Origin: Dehalococcoidia bacterium
GTDB lineage: Bacteria > Chloroflexota > Dehalococcoidia > Lucifugimonadales > JADFKI01
Direction: 5' to 3'
Assembly: GCA_965243355.1 (NCBI GenBank)
Contig: OZ251547.1
Location: 2,596,479 to 2,660,478, forward strand
Length of the DNA stretch: 64,000 nt
This document shows positions 16,817 through 26,430 of the stretch, piece by piece. The number at the start of each line of letters is the position of its first letter. The first letter of the stretch is position 1. The notes beneath the pieces were generated by a model that ran no database searches, had not been told where the DNA came from, and worked only from the letters and a program-made list of their open reading frames with translations. A program made the translations under genes and the position numbers.

Positions 16817-17968
16817 GTGGCGCAAATGCGATTAGACGCCGATGCCCAAGCCACGCAACAGCCGCCCCTAGCCGAATCCCCCGCCTACCTCACGCGCCAG
16901 CTCATCACCTACATCGGCAACAAGCGCCGCCTGCTGCCGCACATAGGCAAGGCAATCGCCCACGCCAAACGCCGCCTCGCCAAACCCCAATTGCGAACCC
17001 TAGACGCCTTCAGCGGATCAGGCGTCGTATCCCGCTACCTCAAAGCCCACTCATCCCTAGTCGTCAGCAACGACTTCGAAGACTACGCCGCCGTCATAGC
17101 CCGCTGCTTTCTAACCAACCGCGGCGAGATAGACGCCGCCGCCCTATCCGACATCGTAGCCGACCTCAACCGCCGCGCCCCAACCGCCGACCTGCCCGCG
17201 GGTTTCATCCAAGACCTCTACGCGCCCTCCGACGAAAACAACATCGCCCCAACCGACCGCGTCTTCTACACCAAGCGCAACGCCCGCCTGCTAGACAACT
17301 ACCGCCGCCTCATAGACGACTGCCCGCCCCGATACCGCGATCTGCTGCTAGGCCCCCTGCTCAGCGAGGCGTCCGTCCACTCCAACACCGCCGGCGTCTT
17401 CAAGGGCTTTTACAAAAACCGCGCCACCGGCATAGGTCAATTCGGCGGCACAGGCAAAGACGCGCTAACCCGCATCACCGACGAAATACGCCTAGCCCCT
17501 CCCGTCCTCAGCCGCTTTGACTGCGACTACCGCGCACTGCAATGCCACGCCAACGATATGGCGCGCATTGTGCGGGACATCGACTTCGCCTATGTGGATC
17601 CCCCGTACAACCAACACCCCTACGGCTCAAACTACTTTATGCTAAACCTGCTGGCGAACTACCGCCGCCCCCGCCGCGTCAGCCGCGTATCCGGCATCCC
17701 CCCCGACTGGCGGCGCTCCGGCTACAATGTCAAAGCCAAATCCCTCTCCCTGCTGCTGGACTTGCTAGAACGATTGGATGCGCCTTTCGTGTTGCTATCA
17801 TTCAACAGCGAGGGCTTCATCCCGCGCGAGGAGTTGGAGGCGGCGTTGTCGCGGCTAGGCGCAGTGCAGTCGTATGCAATACCCTATAATACGTTTCGCG
17901 GCTCGCGGAACTTGCGCGCCCGCGATATTCATGTAGCGGAGCATATGTTTCTGCTAGAAAAGAGATAG
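16817..17968 (+). CDS. DNA adenine methyltransferase, D12-class (N6-adenine)
   Basis: TYIGNKRRLLPHI, then FSGSGVVS (AdoMet motif I), then YVDPPYNQHPYGSNYF (motif IV, DPPY). The start is GTG 16817 or ATG 16826. Confidence 0.75.
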   Translation: MAQMRLDADAQATQQPPLAESPAYLTRQLITYIGNKRRLLPHIGKAIAHAKRRLAKPQLRTLDAFSGSGVVSRYLKAHSSLVVSNDFEDYAAVIARCFLTNRGEIDAAALSDIVADLNRRAPTADLPAGFIQDLYAPSDENNIAPTDRVFYTKRNARLLDNYRRLIDDCPPRYRDLLLGPLLSEASVHSNTAGVFKGFYKNRATGIGQFGGTGKDALTRITDEIRLAPPVLSRFDCDYRALQCHANDMARIVRDIDFAYVDPPYNQHPYGSNYFMLNLLANYRRPRRVSRVSGIPPDWRRSGYNVKAKSLSLLLDLLERLDAPFVLLSFNSEGFIPREELEAALSRLGAVQSYAIPYNTFRGSRNLRARDIHVAEHMFLLEKR

Positions 17969-18201
17969 CGTAGATGGCAGGGTAGCGTTTCTTTTTAGAT
18001 GGTTTTGAGAGTTTGGAAAGTTGTTCCCCAACTGATAAAGCAGAGGGCTATGGCAATGCTGTCCAATCGGCTGCGGTGATAAACATACTCGACCACCTGA
18101 ATGGAAACGCTACCCGCCCCCAATCGCGCTATACACGCCGCCCCCAAACCGCTATACTTGCAACCAAAACCCGCCTTACAAGAACCGACGAGAGGTTCGC
18201 T

Positions 18202-19140
18202 ATGGTCAACCAATCCCTCACGATCGCAAAGCCAAAGCCCCAAACCGACGTCGACGAACCCACGCAATTCCCCGACTTTCCGCCGAGAGAGGATATGCAG
18301 AACTGGCAATTTCTCTACGACCGCTCCGTCCCTGAATCCCTCGCGACATACCTCGGCGACCGCCCGAACACGCTGGTAGGCAGTGAAATCCCGCTTGGCC
18401 CCAACGTCAGCGACCGCGACGACATCTGCATCCCCGACCTAATAGTAGCGTTCAACTGCGACGTGAATCGTGTCAAAGCGGATGGCGGCTATTCGCTTGA
18501 CACGCATGGCAAGCCGCCCGATTTGGCGCTGGAGGTGGCGTCCAAAAGCACCGGCGCGATTGACTACACATCCAAGCGCGTGGACTACGCCCGCTACGGC
18601 GTCCGCGAGTACTGGCGCTTTGACAACAGCGGCGGCGGCTACCACGACGCAGCCCTTGCGGGCGATGCTCTTGTGGACGGCGATTATGAGCCTATCCCAA
18701 TAGAGTGGCTGGACGATGAGCGCGCTCGCGGATACAGCGAGGTCTTGGGCGCGTATGTCTGCTGGGAATACGGGAACCTGCGCTTTTACATCCCTGAGCG
18801 CGACCTCTACATACGCACCTTCGGAGAGAGCGAGGCGCGCGGCGACCTATTCGAGGCCCGCGCCGCCAGATCCGAGGCCCGCGCCGCTCGATCCGACGCC
18901 CGCGCTGAGGCTGAGGCCGAGGCGCGCCGCCAAGCCGACGCCCGAGCTGAGGCTGAGGCTGAGGCCCGCCGCCAAGCCGACGCCCGCGCTGAGGCTGAGG
19001 CCGAGGCGCGCCGCCAAGCCCAAGCCCGCGCTGAAGAAGAGGCTGCCCGCGCCGACGCCGAGGCCGCCGCCCGCCGCCAAATCGCCGCCGAAAACCTCCG
19101 CCTCATCCAACTCATCCGCGAACTAAGCGGCGAAGAATAA
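18202..19140 (+). CDS. Uma2-family endonuclease (DUF820) with long repetitive coiled-coil tail
   Basis: I place the start at the internal ATG 18202, which has a GAGAGG RBS. Core motifs: IPDLIVAF, PPDLALEVASKST, EYWRFD. The tail contains three copies of ARAEAEAEARRQAD. Confidence 0.75.
   Translation: MVNQSLTIAKPKPQTDVDEPTQFPDFPPREDMQNWQFLYDRSVPESLATYLGDRPNTLVGSEIPLGPNVSDRDDICIPDLIVAFNCDVNRVKADGGYSLDTHGKPPDLALEVASKSTGAIDYTSKRVDYARYGVREYWRFDNSGGGYHDAALAGDALVDGDYEPIPIEWLDDERARGYSEVLGAYVCWEYGNLRFYIPERDLYIRTFGESEARGDLFEARAARSEARAARSDARAEAEAEARRQADARAEAEAEARRQADARAEAEAEARRQAQARAEEEAARADAEAAARRQIAAENLRLIQLIRELSGEE
18895..19020 (+). repeat. 3 x 42-bp tandem coding repeat
   Basis: The unit gacgcccgcgctgaggctgaggccgaggcgcgccgccaagcc is repeated three times with a few substitutions. 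It encodes DARAEAEAEARRQA. Confidence 0.9.
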
Positions 19141-19236
19141 CCGCCCTTGTCTGCCTGTCTGCCCGTCCCCTCGCTACTCCCGCTACCCGGCAGGCGAACC
19201 AAGCCCAAGCCTACACGGAGGGACACCATCCCGCGC

Positions 19237-21570
19237 CTACTCCGGCGCCGCCGGCTCCACCACATCCACCACCCGATTCACCCCCACATCCGCGATAACC
19301 TGCCGTATCCCGCTCGGCCAGAATATCGTTACCTCGTCCGCGACCGCCGCGTCCCCAAGCCCGAAATGCACATCAGGACTGCTCATAGACAGAAAGCTTG
19401 AGCTGCCCAGCGCCTCGCCGAGTTGCGTCCGCCGCTCGCCGCCTATGCGCGCCGTCACGAATACCCGCGCGCCTATCGCGTCCGCGTTGCTGCCCGTGCC
19501 GTCCACCGCCATGCGCCCGCGCAGCCGCAGCGTCAGCCAGTTGTTCGGGCCGGCCTCGCTCAGCCACACGAACGTCGGCCCCTCCTCATATCCAAGCTCA
19601 GCCCCCGCGCCCTCGCCTACAAAGATACTGCCCGCGCTGTTCGTGGCTATCAGATCCACATAGCCGTCGCCGTTCAGATCCCCCTTTGCCAAGCCCTTGC
19701 CGTTTTCGTGATACGCGGCGTCTATGCGCTGCGCCGCGCGGTCAAAGGCAGCGGCGGCGGGGTCTAGCAGCCCGTAATCAACCCCCTTGATGTTCAGCAG
19801 CCGCGCCTCAACCGTGATGTCCTGAAACTCGCCCTGCCCGTTGCCGCGCAGCATCCGCCCGGCGGCTGGGAATATCATCCCATCCGGCGATTCCCCGCGC
19901 CCAAGCGCCGATCCCGTCCAGTACAAGTCGGCATCCCCGTCGTTCTCATAGTCAAAGAACGCCGCGCCAAAGCCGAAATCGTAGGCGGCCAGCCCCGTGG
20001 GAACCCGCCAGTCAAGCGTAATCTTCGCCGGATCTATGGAATCGGGCGGCATAACCCGGCTAGGCTCTACCGGCAGCGCCGCCGCCACATCCGGGAAAAA
20101 GCCCACCTCGCCGAAACTGGATACCCACCTCGTCCCGCCGTTGCTCAGCAAGTAGTGAGCGCAGGTTGAAAGCTCAAACCGCTGCTCCACGCTGCAATCG
20201 CCGCTCGCGCCGCTCAGCGCCAGCGGGCGCGTCTTCGGGTGATAGCCAATGTTCGTTACGAACACATCCAAGTCCACATCCCCGTCATAATCCCCCAGCG
20301 CGAACCCCATCCAGTTGCCGCGCGTCTCCAGCCCCATCGCCCGCTCCACCGCCGTAAAGCGCGCCGCGCCGTCCGCCGTATCGCCGGTATCGTTGCGATA
20401 CACCCGCACCGGCCCCCCGTCGTCCGCCGTCCACAAGTCCGGATCCCCGTCATCGTCGTAGTCAAAAAACATCGTCGCCCAGGTAACCACCTGCTCCCCG
20501 CGCACTCCCGCCTCAGCGCCGATTTCGCTGAATGTCAAGTCCCCGTTGTTGCGATACAAGACATTCAGATTGCCGAAAGTAGGCGCGCCCGGATGCACAT
20601 TGTCCAAATCCGAGCGGTTGCCTACGAATATGTCTATCCACCCATCCCTGTCAATGTCCGCGCAGGCGGGGCTTGTGCCGGTGCGCGTGTTCGCGTCATC
20701 CCCGAAAGCCGCCGCCGTGATGTCCGTGAAACCGCCCGCCGCGTTGTTCAGCAGCAGCCTATCGCTGATAGCCGCCCGCAGCTCGGCGTCATCCGCCGCC
20801 GCTTGGAAGTCCTTGCCATCCCCCACTATCCCCTGCGCGCTCACATACAAATCCTGATAGCCGTCGTTGTTCACATCGCAGGCGACAACGCCCGTGCTGT
20901 TGCTCGCGGTGGCGTCAGCGCCCGCCTGTACGCCCACCTCGCTGAACGCGGGCGCATCGCCGCCGCCTTCATTGCCCTCATTGCGAAACAGCAGGTTCGG
21001 ATTGCCCATAGATTGCGTGATGTAAAAGTCCATATCCCCGTCGCGGTCGTAGTCAAAGATAACCACGCCCGGCAGATCGTTGGCGACCGACGCCTCATCC
21101 CCCAGCGCCCGCTCCGCGATATTCCTGAACGGAACCACATCCCCCACGCCCGCGAAACCCGCCTGCCGATACCGCCGCGTATCCACGCCCGCCCTGCCAG
21201 ACGACGCCTGTCCCGCCGCGCCCTGTTGCGCCGAAACCTGCCCCTGCTTGCTCGCCTGCCCCTGCCCTTGCCCGCCGCCTGCCGGCTCCTCGTCGCCCTT
21301 AGCCCCCTCCACCACAACGCCGCGCTGCGCCACGACCGGCTGCGGCATCTGCGCCAGCGTAGGCGTCGCAGTGGGAATGATAACCGACGCCGACTCAACC
21401 TGCCTTGCGCCGCCCTGTCCCGCGCCGCCTTGCCCATCCCCCGAATCCCCGCACGCTATCGCGCCAAGCGAAACAAAGACGGCAACCAGCGCCGCGACAA
21501 GCCCGCGCAACGGCGGCGCAAGACGCGGCTTGCGAGAAATCGGCGTGAGGGCGCGCGGCGTATATCTCAC
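19237..21570 (-). CDS. CRTAC1-like secreted lipoprotein (FG-GAP/VCBS repeats plus ASPIC/UnbV C-terminal domain)
   Basis: Signal peptide plus lipobox (GAIACG). About 7 Ca-binding FG-GAP-type repeats (DYDRDGDMDFY, DVNNDGYQDLY, DIDRDGWIDIF, DYDDDGDPDLW, DYDGDVDLDVF, DYENDGDADLY, DLNGDGYVDLI). C-terminal GARVFVTA..GERRTQ....GSSFLS...P.VHFGLG is ASPIC/UnbV-like. Confidence 0.8.
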   Translation of the reverse strand: MRYTPRALTPISRKPRLAPPLRGLVAALVAVFVSLGAIACGDSGDGQGGAGQGGARQVESASVIIPTATPTLAQMPQPVVAQRGVVVEGAKGDEEPAGGGQGQGQASKQGQVSAQQGAAGQASSGRAGVDTRRYRQAGFAGVGDVVPFRNIAERALGDEASVANDLPGVVIFDYDRDGDMDFYITQSMGNPNLLFRNEGNEGGGDAPAFSEVGVQAGADATASNSTGVVACDVNNDGYQDLYVSAQGIVGDGKDFQAAADDAELRAAISDRLLLNNAAGGFTDITAAAFGDDANTRTGTSPACADIDRDGWIDIFVGNRSDLDNVHPGAPTFGNLNVLYRNNGDLTFSEIGAEAGVRGEQVVTWATMFFDYDDDGDPDLWTADDGGPVRVYRNDTGDTADGAARFTAVERAMGLETRGNWMGFALGDYDGDVDLDVFVTNIGYHPKTRPLALSGASGDCSVEQRFELSTCAHYLLSNGGTRWVSSFGEVGFFPDVAAALPVEPSRVMPPDSIDPAKITLDWRVPTGLAAYDFGFGAAFFDYENDGDADLYWTGSALGRGESPDGMIFPAAGRMLRGNGQGEFQDITVEARLLNIKGVDYGLLDPAAAAFDRAAQRIDAAYHENGKGLAKGDLNGDGYVDLIATNSAGSIFVGEGAGAELGYEEGPTFVWLSEAGPNNWLTLRLRGRMAVDGTGSNADAIGARVFVTARIGGERRTQLGEALGSSSFLSMSSPDVHFGLGDAAVADEVTIFWPSGIRQVIADVGVNRVVDVVEPAAPE

Positions 21571-21571
21571 C

Positions 21572-22387
21572 CTAGCCCAGCCTGAACCTTGACAGAAACT
21601 CTATCGGCCCAACCAGCGCGAACACGAACACCGCGCCGCCAACCCCGACCGCGATAATCCAAGGCGCCGCAGCCGACAGCCAAGACGCCGCCGCCGCAAC
21701 CCGCCGCTTGACGACCGGCATCCAATCCCCAAGCGCCTCAACCCACGGATCCGGCTGCTGATAGGGATACGCCATCCGGTTGAACATATCTATCGCCCAT
21801 CCGCCAACGCCGTAGATTATGCCGACCACAAACGCCGAATACAGCGCCAAAACGCCGTACTGAAACGCGCTCAGCGGCGCGCGAAACAGCGAATCTATCA
21901 GGTCGTCTATCAGCGTCCCAAGCGAATTGAAACCCGCCATATTGATGCTAATCGCCGCGCTCATAGGCAGTATCGCACCCGTCAGAAACGCTGTCCCAAT
22001 CCCGAAAGCCAGCCCGAAAAACAGCCACAAAACCAGGATGCGCGACTCTTCGGCGCGACTGCCAATCCAGTGCGTCAGCGGCCGCATCACAAGCGCCGTG
22101 GACACGCCCGCGCCGAGTATCTGAAACAGCGCCGCGCTGCCCGACAGCCGCTGCGGATCCTGATCTATCCCCGGCGAATAGATGCTGCTCACCACCGCCG
22201 CGCCCGCCGCCAGCAGCGCCGCGAACAGCGTCAAACTCCACGAAAAGCGCTTTTGCATAACCCGCATCAGCGTCCTGCGCTCTTCAATGGACGCCATTGA
22301 TGTAGCCGATGTACTGCTCATGCCCCATTCCCGCGCGCTATCGCCATCGCCGCCAAGCAAGCGCCCTTGCGCCGCCCACCCTATCAA
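21572..22387 (-). CDS. Hypothetical integral membrane protein
   Basis: Several hydrophobic segments and no recognisable motif. The start may be ATG 22321. It ends 1 nt before the CRTAC1-like gene start. Confidence 0.45.
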   Translation of the reverse strand: MIGWAAQGRLLGGDGDSAREWGMSSTSATSMASIEERRTLMRVMQKRFSWSLTLFAALLAAGAAVVSSIYSPGIDQDPQRLSGSAALFQILGAGVSTALVMRPLTHWIGSRAEESRILVLWLFFGLAFGIGTAFLTGAILPMSAAISINMAGFNSLGTLIDDLIDSLFRAPLSAFQYGVLALYSAFVVGIIYGVGGWAIDMFNRMAYPYQQPDPWVEALGDWMPVVKRRVAAAASWLSAAAPWIIAVGVGGAVFVFALVGPIEFLSRFRLG

Positions 22388-22518
22388 GTGTAGCGATTGC
22401 GCCCACAGGTAGCAAGATTAAAGGCGGCAAAATCAAAACGCGCGGCAAACGCAAGCGCGGGAACAGGCGTCAGGTTAGCCGCGCCCATTCCCGCTTGCGC
22501 CGCCGCGGATGTTTGGCA

Positions 22519-24534
22519 TTAAGGTTGCGCTATCTCCAACTCAAGCGTGAAATCGCCGACTGCCTTGGAATACCACGTCGTTGCCTCTATCGTATAAGCC
22601 CCCGCCCCCAAACTCCCGCTTATCGCGGCCGAGTACGCGGTAGCCGCGCCCGCTTGCCGGTTGACCGCCCCGCCCCTTCCTGCGCCCTCCAGCAGATACA
22701 GATACGGCGCAACGTCCGCGGACGACAGCGTAATGCTCACATCAGACGCAGCCGCCAGCGTGAATGTATAGAACCGAGCATAGTAATCGTCATCATTAGG
22801 CGGATTGGCGCTAATGCAACCCGCCGCCCACCTGCCACTCACGCTGCCACTGCCCGCAAGCCGCTCAGTGCAAGCGTCGTCTGATGTTCCCGCAACGCTC
22901 GTAGGCGTAGGCGACAGCGTTGCCGTCGGCTCTATCGCCATCACCGGCGTTGCCGTCGGCGTGTGCGTAGGCGTAGCCGTTGCCGCGCCTCCATCCCCGC
23001 CCTCAAGCTCCGCCACCCTAGCCACCAGCGCCGCCACGAGCCTGACTATCTCAGCGACCAGTCCACTCAGCTCCGCATCTTCGCCAACCCGCCGCTCAAG
23101 CTCATCCAACTTGCCCAGCACTTCGCCGCCCGCCCCCGGCGTCGCGGTAGCCGTAGCCGTCGCCCCCGGCACGGATGTGGCAGTCGGCGTCAGCGTCGCC
23201 ACAGGCGTTGCGCCCGGCACAGACGTAGCAGTCGGCGTCAGCGTAGTCACAGGCGTTGCGCTCGGCGTGGATGTAGCCGTTGCCGTTGCGCTCGGCGTGG
23301 ATGTAGCCGTAGCCGTTGGCGTCGGCGTTGCGGCGCTTATATCATCGCAAAACGCCAACTCTATCCGCTGCCGCTCCCAAGGCGTCATATGCGCCCGCAG
23401 AGATTCGGGAACGCACCCCGTCAACTGGTTGCCGTGCAGAAACACATAAGTGAGATTGGCGAGATTGCCCAACTCCACGGGTATCTCGCCCGTCAATTGA
23501 TTGTCCGAGAGACTCAAAAGATCGAGCCGAGTAAGGCTGCCCAACCACGCCGGTATCTCGCCCGTCAGTTGGTTGCTACTGAGATACAGCCACTCAATCT
23601 TGGAAAGGTCGCTCAACTCCGAGGGTATATCGCCCGTCAGCCGATTGACTGAGAGAATCAACTTCCTGAGATTGGCAAGCTTGCCCAACCCGGCCGGTAT
23701 ATCGCCCGTCAGTTGATTGTACGAGAGCCACAATTCCTCGAGATTGGCGAGGCTGCCCAACTCCGATGGTATATCGCCCGTCAGTTGATTCTCGGAGAGG
23801 ATCAACTTCAGGAGGCTGTCAAGATTGCCCAACTCAGCGGGTATATCGCCCGTCAGCCGGTTGTCGTGCAAATCCAACCTCACAAGGTTGGAAAGGTTGC
23901 CCAACTCCGCCGGTATTTCGCCCGTCAGTTCATTCTCATAGAGTTCCAATAACCTGAGCTTGTCAAGGTTGCCCAACTCAGCCGGTATTTCGCCCGTCAG
24001 CTCATTCGCCCAGAGCCTCACCCACTTAAGGTTGTCAAGATTGCCCAACTCCGCCGGTATCGCGCCCGTCAAGTCATTCTGGTAGAGATATAGCATCTCC
24101 AGCTTGTCAAGGTTGCCCAACTCAGCCGGTATAACGCCGTTCAAAGACTTATTCGACGGCGTCAAGCCCGTAACGCGCCCGCCCGTTATCCTTACCCCAT
24201 CGCGCCAATAAGCAATGTTTCGATCCGCCGACCAACTCAGGCTGCCCGTCGTCCCCACAAGCGCATCCTTCGCCGCGAGCAATACCGCGCAGTCCGCCAC
24301 CAACCCTGCATTATCCCCAGGGTTCGGCACGGCGACCCCATTAGAGCATTGCTCAGTGTATTGCGCCGGTATAGGCATATCCCCCACCGACGCCCCCACG
24401 TCAAACGCCCTCGCGCCGCCGCCGCCCGCCATCAGCAGCGAAACCGCTATCACACCCGTCAGCGCCACCAACGCCAGTGCGGTTGCCATCCTGACTGCGC
24501 GTTTGGACATAGACATCTTAATGCTCACTTGCAC
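22519..24534 (-). CDS. Secreted plant-type leucine-rich-repeat protein with T/P/A-rich linkers and pre-peptidase C-terminal (PPC)-like domain
   Basis: N-terminal signal/TM segment. A cap (CAVLLAAKDAL...WSADRNIAYWRDGVRI) is followed by about 11 units of the 24-aa repeat L..L..L.L..N.LTG.IP.ELG.L. After T/P/A tracts comes a C-terminal DDDYYARFYTFTL...YLYLL...YTIEATT block, which is PPC-like. Confidence 0.75.
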   Translation of the reverse strand: MQVSIKMSMSKRAVRMATALALVALTGVIAVSLLMAGGGGARAFDVGASVGDMPIPAQYTEQCSNGVAVPNPGDNAGLVADCAVLLAAKDALVGTTGSLSWSADRNIAYWRDGVRITGGRVTGLTPSNKSLNGVIPAELGNLDKLEMLYLYQNDLTGAIPAELGNLDNLKWVRLWANELTGEIPAELGNLDKLRLLELYENELTGEIPAELGNLSNLVRLDLHDNRLTGDIPAELGNLDSLLKLILSENQLTGDIPSELGSLANLEELWLSYNQLTGDIPAGLGKLANLRKLILSVNRLTGDIPSELSDLSKIEWLYLSSNQLTGEIPAWLGSLTRLDLLSLSDNQLTGEIPVELGNLANLTYVFLHGNQLTGCVPESLRAHMTPWERQRIELAFCDDISAATPTPTATATSTPSATATATSTPSATPVTTLTPTATSVPGATPVATLTPTATSVPGATATATATPGAGGEVLGKLDELERRVGEDAELSGLVAEIVRLVAALVARVAELEGGDGGAATATPTHTPTATPVMAIEPTATLSPTPTSVAGTSDDACTERLAGSGSVSGRWAAGCISANPPNDDDYYARFYTFTLAAASDVSITLSSADVAPYLYLLEGAGRGGAVNRQAGAATAYSAAISGSLGAGAYTIEATTWYSKAVGDFTLELEIAQP

Positions 24535-24602
24535 ACCCTCTTAATGCTCACTTGCACACCCTCCCGCGCCTATATGCGCCCGCCCGCAACCACGCCCCCC
24601 CA

Positions 24603-25382
24603 TCAAAATATCTCTATCCGCTTAAACGCCTCCGCATAAGTCGCCCCTATCTTCTTCCCCACCTCCGCATACCGCGTCCGCGCCCGCACCTCGCGCAGCT
24701 CCCAGCCCTGCCCCACCTGGCTGCGATGCCGGCTCAGCGCCTCCAGCTTTGCATCGAACGTATCCGTCACATCCAAGAACGTATCCGGATCCGGCGAACC
24801 CCACAGGTATATTTCCCGAACCTTGTGCGGCTGCAGCCCCTCCGCGATATGCTCCGGAAACGCCAGCCTGTCCCGCGAGTACGGGAACACGCAGTTTATC
24901 GTAACCCGCCCGCAGACATAATGATCCTCGTGGCGGATGTACGGCCGGTTCGGATCTATCGTCAGCACGGTCTCCGGAGTATGGATGCGTATCTGCCGCG
25001 AAATCTGCTCCCGCAGCGCATAGGTGTCCGCCAAATTCTGGTCGGGGTGGCGCAGAAACACTACCTCCGCCACGCCCAGCGCCTCCGCCGCGTCCAGCTG
25101 CTCCGCCTCCCGTATCGCCGCCAGTTTGGGGGATGTCATATCCGGATCCGAGCTGCCCTTGTCCCCGTTTGTGCAGACCACCAGCACAATCTTGCGCCCC
25201 TGCGCCGCCCACTTCACTATCGTCGCCCCCGCGCCCGACTCGGCGTCGTCCGGATGCGGCGTAACCACCAAAACCGGCGACAGGCTGCGCGATGTGGCGT
25301 CCGCCTCGTCCGGATTGGGATACGCTTGAGCCGCCGCCTGCGCCCCGCGCGCCGCGTATGAACTGGATCGGGATTGCGTCAT
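24603..25382 (-). CDS. PIG-L/LmbE-family deacetylase
   Basis: VLVVTPHPDDAESGAGATI...VVCTNGDKGS is the signature of the LmbE/PIG-L zinc deacetylase family. Confidence 0.8.
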   Translation of the reverse strand: MTQSRSSSYAARGAQAAAQAYPNPDEADATSRSLSPVLVVTPHPDDAESGAGATIVKWAAQGRKIVLVVCTNGDKGSSDPDMTSPKLAAIREAEQLDAAEALGVAEVVFLRHPDQNLADTYALREQISRQIRIHTPETVLTIDPNRPYIRHEDHYVCGRVTINCVFPYSRDRLAFPEHIAEGLQPHKVREIYLWGSPDPDTFLDVTDTFDAKLEALSRHRSQVGQGWELREVRARTRYAEVGKKIGATYAEAFKRIEIF

Positions 25383-25480
25383 AGAAACCTCTCACCTCGC
25401 ATAATTCGCGCCCGCAGGCACACGTTTATCTGTTGCCGGGCCGCCGGCGGTTTCGCTAATCGCCTTTATCGCCCCTTGCT

Positions 25481-26248
25481 TTATCGCCCCTTGAACACCG
25501 GCGTCCGCTTTTCCTGAAACGCCTTGATGCCCTCAATCGCGTCATCCGTGCGCTGCAGCCGCCGGTTCACGATCCCCGCCAGCCGAACCCTATCCTCCAG
25601 CCGCATATTCTGCCCGCGCACCGCCACCTCTTTGATAGCCCGCATCGGCAGCGGCGCATTCCGCAGCAACTTCTGCACGATTTCGTCAGTCTTCGCCATA
25701 AGCTCGTCATGCGGCACGACCATATTCACGATGCCAAGCTCCGCCGCGCGCTCAGCGTCGATCATATCCCCCGTGAACAGAAACTCCAGCGCGAAATTCA
25801 GCGGCACGCGCTGCGCCAGCATGCACGGCCCGCTCACCGACCCAATCCCCCGCTTAGCCTGCGGCCACCCGAACTGCGCCTTATCGGATGCGATGCGGAT
25901 GTCCGACGCCAGCGCGATGCCGCCGCCCTGCGCCAGGCAGAACCCGTTCACCGCCGCGATAATCGGCTTGAAAATCTCCGACTGGTACACATACAGATCC
26001 TCGGTGGAAATCTCAGGATCATACAGCGCGTCGCTCCTGCCCGACATAGACACCAGGTCATGCCCCACCGAAAACGCGCGCCCGTTCCCCGTAATCACCG
26101 CCAGCCAAATATCCGGATCATCATTGACCTCATGCAGCCTCCGCCACAGCTCATCCCGCATCTCCACATCAATCGCATTCAGCTTATCCGGCCTATTCAG
26201 CCGAATATAAGCCGCCCGCTCCCTAACCTCAAACTCCACGACCGCCAT
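25481..26248 (-). CDS. Enoyl-CoA hydratase/isomerase (crotonase) family protein
   Basis: ITGNGRAFSVGHDL and AAVNGFCLAQGGGIALASDIRIAS are crotonase oxyanion-hole motifs. Confidence 0.85.
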   Translation of the reverse strand: MAVVEFEVRERAAYIRLNRPDKLNAIDVEMRDELWRRLHEVNDDPDIWLAVITGNGRAFSVGHDLVSMSGRSDALYDPEISTEDLYVYQSEIFKPIIAAVNGFCLAQGGGIALASDIRIASDKAQFGWPQAKRGIGSVSGPCMLAQRVPLNFALEFLFTGDMIDAERAAELGIVNMVVPHDELMAKTDEIVQKLLRNAPLPMRAIKEVAVRGQNMRLEDRVRLAGIVNRRLQRTDDAIEGIKAFQEKRTPVFKGR

Positions 26249-26430
26249 ATGCCTTACTCTCCTAACCCGCGTAACCGCGCTTGCCTAACCGATTTTCAAC
26301 GCGGCAACCCAATCGCCGCGCCCCCGAAAATATAGCATAGCCCCGTTTAGATTTACAATTTTAACGCCCTAGCGCCGCCGTCTAAACGAAAACGCCCGCG
26401 CAACGCCGCGCCGCTACGAGGCGAAACGAA

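Noticed and set aside
20239-21585. 448-aa plus-strand ORF. Similar long ORFs lie at 29795..31066, 24552..25361, 44148..45014, 46625..47344, 57583..58545, 60722..61639 and 10281..10967.
   Set aside because: All lie antisense to or out of frame with genes that have clear family motifs. They are dominated by R/P/A/H/G codons typical of open non-coding frames in GC-rich DNA, and they lack an RBS or any recognisable motif.
23400-24150. Regular 72-bp periodic repeats here (and at about 50370..51000) that could superficially suggest a repeat array or CRISPR.
   Set aside because: The repeats are contiguous, lack spacers, are in frame, and encode 24-aa LRR units inside long ORFs.
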